Positions 1-6,548 of a DNA stretch of 9,550 nucleotides are shown here, in pieces. Origin of the DNA: an uncultured archaeon (GTDB taxonomy: Archaea; Iainarchaeota; Iainarchaeia; Iainarchaeales; CSSED10-239). The stretch is taken from the NCBI GenBank assembly GCA_964496765.1, contig CAZCAP010000017.1:1-9550 (forward strand), in the 5' to 3' direction. Position numbers and translations under genes: made by a program. Under the pieces are notes generated by a model that had not been told where the DNA came from, ran no database searches, and was given only the letters and a program-made list of their open reading frames with translations. How positions within the stretch are numbered: the first letter of the stretch is position 1; every line of letters begins with the position of its first letter.

Positions 1-70
1 TATAAACAGCAACAAGTATTCCCACAACAAAACAAAGAAGAACAACAACTGCTAACGTATTAAGATTCAT
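1..70 (-). CDS. 5' end of a CDS that runs off the window start; the N-terminus is hydrophobic (signal peptide or TM helix)
   Basis: Reverse complement of 1..70 starts with ATG (70..68) and reads MNLNTLAVVVLLCFVVGILVAVY with no stop before the window edge. It begins 18 nt after the stop of the upstream ORF (89..91). Only 23 codons are visible, so no family call is possible. Confidence 0.3.
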   Translation of the reverse strand, partial: MNLNTLAVVVLLCFVVGILVAVY

Positions 71-88
71 TTAATTTCTTTCCTTTTC

Positions 89-382
89 TTATTTTCTAAG
101 TTCTATCTCAAAGATATCAATTATTCTATCTGTATCTAGATCCTTTAATGAAATCCTATTATTTGCTTTTCTTACAAACATTAAATTAAAGTTAGAATAA
201 TTTGCAACTAATCTTCTTAGCCTATCATATTGCTTGAGAGTAACTTCTTTTTTATGCCTATGGGTTAGCTCAGTAAACACTTCATGGAATCTTTCACTTT
301 TTTCAAACAATTCTTTGTTTCTTACCTTAATTTTTTCAGTTCTGTTTCTGAAGATATCACTTAATCTCATAAGTTCTTTCAC
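89..382 (-). CDS. Small hypothetical protein (93-97 aa, charged, probably helical), immediately downstream of alaS
   Basis: ORF on the same strand as alaS. The GTG at 382 lies 4 nt after the alaS stop. A more likely start is the ATG at 370, which is preceded by AGGTGA (SD-like) 8 nt upstream and gives MRLSDIFRNR.... I recognise no family motif. Confidence 0.55.
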   Translation of the reverse strand: MKELMRLSDIFRNRTEKIKVRNKELFEKSERFHEVFTELTHRHKKEVTLKQYDRLRRLVANYSNFNLMFVRKANNRISLKDLDTDRIIDIFEIELRK

Positions 383-386
383 CTAC

Positions 387-3080
387 TTAATTAAACTTTC
401 CTTGGAAGAGAGGATCTCCTCCGCCTTTTATTTGTTTACCAAGTTTCTTTTCAAGTTCCTTCTTTATTCCATCTATTGATTCCTTTGATGAAGGGCCTTT
501 CCAAATGAAAACATTTCCATTATTATTGTATATTGCAATAATCTTATCCTTTGATTTTTCAGTTGCCTGAACCTGTTTGAATACTTTTAGTATTTCTGCG
601 ATATCTAGATTAAATTTAGCAATAACTGTTTTATCATGGGTATTAACAATATTATCTAACTCATATTCAGCTATTCTATGCTTTAGAGAATCAATTTCTT
701 TTTTTTGTTCTTTCCATTCTTTAAAAAAGTTCCCTAACGTTTTTGAAAGTTCGCTTTTATTAACACATAAAACATCAGATGAATTTTCTAAATGCTTTTC
801 TTGTTCTCTAATATATTCAAGTGCTGCTTTCTGGGTTGTGTAAAATATTCTTTCAATTCCATCCTGAACACTTGTTCTTTTAATTATTTTAAAAATACCA
901 ATGTCCTTTATTTCATTTAAATGAAGCCCAGCACATGCCTGAACATCTATGTTTGGTATTTCAATTATTCTTAAAAGGTTCCCGGGAATTGCTCCACCTT
1001 GGTAAAGCCTGAAACCATATCTTTTTTCTGCTTCATCCTTTGCTAATTCAAAGATGTTTACTTTGCTTCCATCTAAAATCCATTCATTAACCTGATCTTC
1101 AATTAAATCAAGCTCTGCTTTTGTGATTGGTTTGTAGTGTGTGATGTCCAAATGAGATTCTAGAACATCCTTGCTTGCTCCAGCCTGCCATATATGCTGA
1201 CCAAGTATCTTCTTAGCAGCAGCATTTAGAAGATGTGCTCCTGTGTGCATGCATCTTAATTGCTTCTGACGTAGATCATCAACTAAACAAATTATTGATT
1301 GTCCAAGATTTATTATTTTCTTTGGATTATCTAGGAAGTGAAGAATCTTTCCTTCATAATTATAAACCTCTGTTACTTTGTGTGCACCATTTATTGTTCC
1401 ACAATCATAGGTTTGTCCTCCACCTTCTGGATAAAACACTGTTTTATCCAAGATAATAAATTTTTCTGATGCATAGAGAACCCTTGATGTGCATTCAGTT
1501 TTATTTTCATAATATAATTTTTTTGTGTTTGGAAGAGCTTTAATTATTTCTTTGTTTTCTTTTTCAAGAAGCTTCTGGATAATACTAACATCCTTTATTG
1601 CTTTTCCAGTTAAATTACTTTCTGCAATTGCCCCAAAATAATCTGCAGGAAGTTCTATCTTCTTATTCAACTTTTGTGCAGCTTCTTCAATCTGTTCTTT
1701 AGTTATTCCATCGCTCTTGTACATTGTTACAAAGTCCTTTGTATCAAGCTTTCTTCCTGATGAAAGAATACTTGCAAGCTTGCTTACTGCTTTATCTTTA
1801 TTTTGTAAATATTTCTTTTTTTCTTCGTCAAGCACATCACAGGCAGTATTAAATCCTCTTGATAGGCTAGGATCAAAATCCTTCAACGAATGAACATGTT
1901 CTTCAAATATCTTATTAAAATCTAGTTTGAAATTATGTGTTTGATCAATATCAAACAATCTTCTTGCTAGGATTCTTAGATTATATCCTCCACCAGAATT
2001 ACTTGGAAGAAGGCCATCAGTCCCTGTGTAAAGAAGAGTTTTTGTATGATCACAAACTGCATAGAGAGCATGAACTGGATCTAATTTCTTGAAGAGTTCA
2101 TCTTTGGAGTGTCCAAGTTTCTTTGCAATAGTTTCCTGAACTTTTTTAAGATCACTAACCTCATCTGCATTTAATTCTCCAGATAATCTATAAAAATCAG
2201 TTAATAGTTTATCATCAAACTTTACTCCAGTATGCTTTTTTAAATATTTTAAAACATCATCAAATGTAATATCATAGCTTGTTGGAGTTCCATTTGTGTA
2301 CCAAGCAAGTCTTTCAAACCCTGCCCCCATATCAATAACAGGTTTCTTTAATTGCTCGTACTTTCCTTTACCCATATCCTGATATTGCATGAAAACACAA
2401 TTACCTAGCTCAACACCATTAGCAAAATATTCCATACATGGTCCAAAGTTTCCTCCACCTTCCCAAACATCCTCAAAAAAAACAAGATCATCTTCCTTAA
2501 CTCCAATAACCTTAGTTAAATATTCATGATCTAGAGAAATAGCTTCTTCTTTCCAGTAGGGTTTCTTTGGATCACTATTGAATGCATGTTGACCAAACAT
2601 AACAAAGGTTGTATAGTGTGTTCCTGTAACCCCTACATTTGAGAGATCTCCAAACCTAATGGAGGTTTGTGGAACAATAAGTGGATCTGCTGGTGGTTTA
2701 ACCTCACCATTAACAACATATGGTTGGAAATCTATAATTGATGCATTTGTAAAATATAAATCATTTCTCCATCTAGGAATAACAGGATATCTTTTAATTG
2801 ATTCATGTCCATTCTTTTTAAAGAATTTTTCAATTTCTTTCCAGGTTTCTTGATATGTATATCCTTTTGTTTTATGTCCAATGAAATCACGAGATTGACA
2901 ACTAGATTCAGCACAATATTCTCTATTTGTGTTTGTCCAAAAAGCTCTTTTACATTTCTTACAAATCTTTCTTTCATAACCTAAATTAGTAAGCGCTTTA
3001 ATCTTATAATGATCCTGCCAGTTCTTTTCAAACATTGGTCTAACTTGTTTTTTAAGTTCAGTTTCAGCCATAAACATCAA
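387..3080 (-). CDS. alaS: Alanine--tRNA ligase, archaeal type
   Basis: 897-aa ORF. The N-terminus carries the archaeal-type Cys-rich element (GYERKICKKCKRAFWT...YCAESSCQ). The editing domain has HxxxH (MHTGAHLL) and CxxxH (CAGLHL) zinc motifs. The C-terminus has a DHHA1-like GGG motif (IKGGGDPLFQG). The start is ambiguous: TTG 3080, ATG 3077 or ATG 3071. TATA-like boxes lie very close upstream, so the leader may be short or absent. Confidence 0.95.
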   Translation of the reverse strand: MMFMAETELKKQVRPMFEKNWQDHYKIKALTNLGYERKICKKCKRAFWTNTNREYCAESSCQSRDFIGHKTKGYTYQETWKEIEKFFKKNGHESIKRYPVIPRWRNDLYFTNASIIDFQPYVVNGEVKPPADPLIVPQTSIRFGDLSNVGVTGTHYTTFVMFGQHAFNSDPKKPYWKEEAISLDHEYLTKVIGVKEDDLVFFEDVWEGGGNFGPCMEYFANGVELGNCVFMQYQDMGKGKYEQLKKPVIDMGAGFERLAWYTNGTPTSYDITFDDVLKYLKKHTGVKFDDKLLTDFYRLSGELNADEVSDLKKVQETIAKKLGHSKDELFKKLDPVHALYAVCDHTKTLLYTGTDGLLPSNSGGGYNLRILARRLFDIDQTHNFKLDFNKIFEEHVHSLKDFDPSLSRGFNTACDVLDEEKKKYLQNKDKAVSKLASILSSGRKLDTKDFVTMYKSDGITKEQIEEAAQKLNKKIELPADYFGAIAESNLTGKAIKDVSIIQKLLEKENKEIIKALPNTKKLYYENKTECTSRVLYASEKFIILDKTVFYPEGGGQTYDCGTINGAHKVTEVYNYEGKILHFLDNPKKIINLGQSIICLVDDLRQKQLRCMHTGAHLLNAAAKKILGQHIWQAGASKDVLESHLDITHYKPITKAELDLIEDQVNEWILDGSKVNIFELAKDEAEKRYGFRLYQGGAIPGNLLRIIEIPNIDVQACAGLHLNEIKDIGIFKIIKRTSVQDGIERIFYTTQKAALEYIREQEKHLENSSDVLCVNKSELSKTLGNFFKEWKEQKKEIDSLKHRIAEYELDNIVNTHDKTVIAKFNLDIAEILKVFKQVQATEKSKDKIIAIYNNNGNVFIWKGPSSKESIDGIKKELEKKLGKQIKGGGDPLFQGKFN

Positions 3081-3270
3081 TACCTATAAATATACCTAAC
3101 ATATCTATAAATTATACTTAATATATAAGATAAATAAGTATTTAAAGATATATTTTAGGGTTAATTATATCTATTGGCTTTTTCTAAGCTTTCTGGCCTT
3201 AAATGAAGATATATTTATAAAACGTTCCAAATAATTAATATCTATTAAAGCATAAAATAGTGGAAATAAT

Positions 3271-3342
3271 ATGATGAAAATAAACAAATCTAATTTAGGT
3301 TCTTTTTCCATTATTGATAAGTATGCCTATTGGTATTATTAA
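3271..3342 (+). CDS. Candidate 23-aa mini-ORF MMKINKSNLGSFSIIDKYAYWYY (speculative small or precursor peptide)
   Basis: ATG at 3271, TAA at 3340..3342. A weak SD-like GTGGA (3260..3264) lies 6 nt upstream and a TATA-like box lies about 50 nt upstream. It is on the same strand as the radical-SAM gene and 112 nt upstream of it, and is followed directly by a hairpin. It is too short for any statistical support from the sequence alone. Confidence 0.25.
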   Translation: MMKINKSNLGSFSIIDKYAYWYY

Positions 3343-3378
3343 CTAAAAACTAAACTACTTTAGTTATCAAGCCAATAG
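3327..3378 (+). promoter_or_regulatory. Nested stem-loop overlapping the 3' end of the mini-ORF; possible attenuator or partial terminator
   Basis: The outer stem pairs CTATTGG (3327..3333) with CCAATAG (3372..3378). The inner stem pairs AACTAAA (3348..3354) with TTTAGTT (3359..3365) around the loop CTAC. AACTAAA is also directly duplicated at 3341..3347. A T-run (CTTTTTAATTT, about 3390..3400) follows. The stems are short and AT-rich, so predicted stability is modest. Confidence 0.3.
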
Positions 3379-3454
3379 ATTTTAATAGTTCTTTTTAATT
3401 TAAGCACATTTTGATTTCTAAAGTAGTATTTTAAAAAACAGGAGGAATCAAAAT

Positions 3455-4102
3455 ATGAACAAAAGTATATTACGAGGATTTCCAGAGGATATGGTGAAAG
3501 ACAATAACCCTATCTTCTTTGGAATACATTTAAAGCCAATATGTAACTTTAAATGCAAAAAGTGTTTCATAGGAGAAATGAACAACCTAAGAATACAACA
3601 AGATCTTAATTTAAAAGAAATCAAACAAATAATACTATCCGCAAAGAATAATGGGTTTAAAGTATTAGGAATTACAGGAGCTGGAGAACCAACACTTGAT
3701 AAAAGAATAAAAGCAATTGTTTCTCTTGCACATAAGAATGGATTAATTACTCACATTCCCACAAATTCATCTTTATTAAGTGAAGAACTTCTACAGTTCT
3801 TTAAAGCCAAAGATGTAACTTTAATTTTAAGTCTTGATACAATAGAGAAAGATAAGTTTATTGAGCTAAGTGGAACTAACGAAAGTGTATTCAAAACAGT
3901 TATAAAAAACATTACTCTTGCTCAAAAAGTATTCAAAGACACTATGATTGTAAAAAATAATAAAAACACACATAGAATTGCAATACACATGACTGTTAGT
4001 GATGAAAATCAAAATGAAATAAATGCAATCAAACAAATAGCAACTAAAGACACTTTATTTAGTATTTCATCCTATCGCTGGCAAGGAATTAGCTACTTCT
4101 GA
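3455..4102 (+). CDS. Radical SAM enzyme, N-terminal and core part, truncated by an apparent frameshift
   Basis: CX3CX2C cluster motif CNFKCKKC (C30/C34/C37, 3542..3565). GGE-type SAM motif GITGAGEPTL. TNG-like PTNSSLL. ILSLDT strand. Strong SD before ATG 3455. The last 12 or so residues (SISSYRWQGISYF) look non-homologous, whereas the +1 frame continues with a plausible radical-SAM strand. Confidence 0.85.
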   Translation: MNKSILRGFPEDMVKDNNPIFFGIHLKPICNFKCKKCFIGEMNNLRIQQDLNLKEIKQIILSAKNNGFKVLGITGAGEPTLDKRIKAIVSLAHKNGLITHIPTNSSLLSEELLQFFKAKDVTLILSLDTIEKDKFIELSGTNESVFKTVIKNITLAQKVFKDTMIVKNNKNTHRIAIHMTVSDENQNEINAIKQIATKDTLFSISSYRWQGISYF

Positions 4103-4130
4103 TGAAATTACAGAAAAACACATAGTTGAA

Positions 4131-5189
4131 GTGTTTGATCCACTAACCAAAAGAAACATTTGTGGTTTTTTTAGATTCGGAATAGATATTAATTTTGATG
4201 GACAATTATTACTAGACGCCCATGCCATAAGAACATCAAAAGTATTACCTAACATTAGAAGTTTCAATTTAAATATTAAAAAAGCTTTTGATTTTGCAAA
4301 ACCAATCAAAATTAATTTCATTAAAAAACACATGGATGGTTTTTGTCCAGTTAGGTCAAATAATATAGATAACTGGATTAAAGATAAGGCTATGAAAATG
4401 GATATTAAAAAAAATATTCAAAAAGGTAAACCCCTACTTAAATTTTCATATGTTAATAAGGGTGCAAAAAAATTCTTGAAAGTATTAAATAGTAAAGAAT
4501 ATTACACCACAAAAAATGAATTGAAGATAATCACTAAAGAGGAAAAAGAATTACAATCGTTTCTCAAAAAAAATATTGTTGTTCTGGGAGTTGGAAATGG
4601 AGATAAGATCAAAAAATTAATTAATGCACCTAGCAAAAATGTGACTTTAGTAGACATTAGTGAAGATCTTATGAAAATTGCAAAAAGTAAAATTCAAAAA
4701 TCAGATTTAACAACTATAATTGATTCTTTTGAAAATATTGATGTTTCCAAATTTCAAAATACAACATTTATCATACTCGGAGGAACTTTATTTAATAATG
4801 ATAATTGGATAGATTTTATTAATAGATTAAAACAAAAATCTATTAATTCAAATTTAATTATAGGTGTAGAATTATTAAATGGAATTTCTATAGAGGACAT
4901 AATAAGACAGTACAACAATGAAACAGGATTTGAATTCATATTTCAACCATTAAAAATAATCAGGATCAAAAGGAACTCTGGAAAGATAAAAGTTAACTTC
5001 AATATTTTAAAAGATAGAATTGAAGAATGGTTTATTCCAAACAAACCAATGTTCAATAAAAAGAAAATATTACTATCAATATCTATTAAAATAAGCGAAG
5101 AAAGATTTATTAAAAAAATTAATAAAAAAAATATTGAATTTAATTTTAAGGAAGGTGATAATCATATAATTGGAATTAAATTAAACTAA
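4131..5189 (+). CDS. Continuation of the radical-SAM protein (C-terminal barrel strand plus a Cys-poor SPASM/twitch-like segment) fused to an EgtD-type (Methyltransf_33) SAM-dependent N-alpha-methyltransferase domain
   Basis: This frame is open from 4047 (KTLYLVFHPIAGKELATSDEI...), and there is no SD before the nominal GTG at 4131. From about residue 100 it resembles the EgtD family as I recall it. KFSYVNKGAKKFLKVLNSKEYYTTKNELKII resembles the WFYD..GS.LF..I....EYY.TR.E..IL region. VVLGVGNGDK (4587..4601) resembles LVELGSGTSEK. ILGGTLFNN resembles FLGSTIGNL. LIIGVELL and RQYNNETG resemble LLLGTDL and RAYDDAAG. Confidence 0.8.
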   Translation: MFDPLTKRNICGFFRFGIDINFDGQLLLDAHAIRTSKVLPNIRSFNLNIKKAFDFAKPIKINFIKKHMDGFCPVRSNNIDNWIKDKAMKMDIKKNIQKGKPLLKFSYVNKGAKKFLKVLNSKEYYTTKNELKIITKEEKELQSFLKKNIVVLGVGNGDKIKKLINAPSKNVTLVDISEDLMKIAKSKIQKSDLTTIIDSFENIDVSKFQNTTFIILGGTLFNNDNWIDFINRLKQKSINSNLIIGVELLNGISIEDIIRQYNNETGFEFIFQPLKIIRIKRNSGKIKVNFNILKDRIEEWFIPNKPMFNKKKILLSISIKISEERFIKKINKKNIEFNFKEGDNHIIGIKLN

Positions 5190-5205
5190 AATTGAGGAAA
5201 GATGT

Positions 5206-6543
5206 TTATCTTACAACATCTTTCACTTTATTTATATCCACAAGAGCTTCTTCTCCACTCTTCATGTTCTTGATCTTTATCTTGTTCTGCTTAACTTCAT
5301 CTTCACCTAGAAGACCAACAAATGGAATTCCTGATTTATTTGCAAAATCCATGTTCTTTCCAATTGCTCTTCCTAAGAGATCCATCATTGTCTTTATTCC
5401 TTGATTTCTTAGTATCTGTGTTATTTCAATTGCTTGCTTCTCTGTCTTGATTGGAATAATATAAAGATCTGCTGTTGTTTCCTTCTCCATTCCATCTCTA
5501 GCTTTAATTATCTCCATAATTGGCTCAAGACCAAATGCAACCCCAGTTGCTGGATAATTTCTATTCTCATCCTTAAGATATTTACCTATCATCTTATCCC
5601 ATCTTCCACCACCAGCAATTGAAACTGAAAGAATGGACTCATCTTTTAAGAAAACCTCAAAGATTGGACCTGTATAATACCCTAATCCTCTAGCAAGGGA
5701 TGGAAGGAAAACATAATCTGTGTTAAATTCAGAAAGATAATTAAAAAGTTCTTGTAATTCTTTTACTCCATCAGTTTCTCCAATTATTTTTTGTATATTG
5801 CTTAGCTTTCCTTGGTTATCTCCTTCAACAAGAAGGATATCTAGAATCTTAGTTATCTTATCTTGAGATATTTCTTTTTCAAGAAGTTCTTTAGTTACTC
5901 CTTCTCTTCCAACCTTCTTTAACTTATCAATTGTAATAATTGTTGTTGTTTGATAATCTTCTGGAATTTCTACAAAATTTAAAATATCTGCAAGAAGCTT
6001 TCTTGAAGACATCTCTATGTTTACATCAAGCTTAAGTTCTTTGAATACATCTGAGATAAGAGCAAGTATTTCTGCATCAGTTATCATTCCACTGGCTCCA
6101 ACTGTGTCAACATCACACTGGTAGAACTCCCTATATCTCCCTGCTTTGATTGGACCATCACGAAAAACAGGGCCTATCTGATATCTTTTGAATGGCAATC
6201 TTGTTTGAGGGTTCATTCCTATGTATCTAGCTAGTGCAAATGTAAACTCATATCTTAAACCTAAATCTCTATCCCCTTGATCTTTAAATCTATAAATCTC
6301 AGAGATAGCATCAGACGCTTCTCCAGCTCCAAACTTAGCTTCTAAAATATCTAATCTTTCAACTGTTGGAGTTTCAAGAGGAGAAAATGCATATATTTCA
6401 AAAATATTTTTTATTTTTGATATAACAGAATCTCTAAGTATTTTTTCAGCAGGAGAGAAATCTCTAAATCCTTTTGCTAAATCTAATTCAAAATTATCAT
6501 TCATTTCACATACACCTTTTTTATTATTATATTTAATACACAA
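5206..6543 (-). CDS. hisS: Histidine--tRNA ligase (class II, eukaryote/archaeal-type motifs)
   Basis: HisA-like motif LRYEFTFALARY. Motif 2 is FRDGPIKAGRYREFYQCDVDTVG. HisB motif is AGGGRWD. The C-terminal anticodon-binding domain is present. The likely true start is ATG 6504 (MNDNFELDLAKGFRDF), preceded by AGGTG. The ORF-track start at 6543 adds 13 atypical residues. Motif 3 reads GVAFGLEP rather than the expected G.G.ER (see findings). Confidence 0.9.
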   Translation of the reverse strand: MCIKYNNKKGVCEMNDNFELDLAKGFRDFSPAEKILRDSVISKIKNIFEIYAFSPLETPTVERLDILEAKFGAGEASDAISEIYRFKDQGDRDLGLRYEFTFALARYIGMNPQTRLPFKRYQIGPVFRDGPIKAGRYREFYQCDVDTVGASGMITDAEILALISDVFKELKLDVNIEMSSRKLLADILNFVEIPEDYQTTTIITIDKLKKVGREGVTKELLEKEISQDKITKILDILLVEGDNQGKLSNIQKIIGETDGVKELQELFNYLSEFNTDYVFLPSLARGLGYYTGPIFEVFLKDESILSVSIAGGGRWDKMIGKYLKDENRNYPATGVAFGLEPIMEIIKARDGMEKETTADLYIIPIKTEKQAIEITQILRNQGIKTMMDLLGRAIGKNMDFANKSGIPFVGLLGEDEVKQNKIKIKNMKSGEEALVDINKVKDVVR

Positions 6544-6548
6544 ACATT

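Larger units (their letters stand above)
3169..3380. repeat. Perfect 12-nt inverted repeat pair flanking the mini-ORF
   Basis: ATCTATTGGCTT (3169..3180) is the exact reverse complement of AAGCCAATAGAT (3369..3380). A third partial copy, CTATTGG, lies at 3327..3333. The repeat is seen directly; its function is unknown. Confidence 0.6.
3081..3454. promoter_or_regulatory. Divergent intergenic control region between alaS (-) and the radical-SAM locus (+), with several TATA-like boxes
   Basis: Candidate archaeal TATA boxes for alaS on the minus sense are AATTTATA (3106..3113) and ATATTTATAG (3085..3094). On the plus sense, TTTATAAA (3214..3221) lies about 50 nt upstream of the mini-ORF, and a T/A-rich box at about 3391..3405 lies upstream of the radical-SAM gene. 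A strong SD, AGGAGG (3440..3445), sits 9 nt before ATG 3455. In such AT-rich DNA, TATA-like strings occur by chance, so individual boxes are uncertain. Confidence 0.4.

Noticed and set aside
234-3080. ORF-track entries inside the alaS span: 234..479 (+), 577..843 (+), 1235..1456 (+), 2659..2853 (+) and 2732..2977 (-, alternate frame)
   Set aside because: All lie within or against the well-supported alaS or downstream ORF. Their products are low-complexity Leu/Phe/Ser/Ile strings typical of off-frame translation of AT-rich coding DNA, with no start signals or motifs.
4100-4130. Possibility that TGA 4100..4102 is recoded (Trp, Gly or Sec) so the radical-SAM frame reads through
   Set aside because: Reading through in frame 2 meets further TGA codons and a TAG within about 70 nt and yields no homologous sequence. 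The +1 frame gives the expected radical-SAM continuation. TGA is also used as the genuine stop of HAL (7331..7333).
4067-4939. Minus-strand ORFs 4067..4333 and 4754..4939, antisense to the radical-SAM / methyltransferase gene
   Set aside because: These are antisense shadows of a motif-supported plus-strand frame, with no recognisable motifs or RBS. The 4067..4333 ORF spans the frameshift site only by coincidence.
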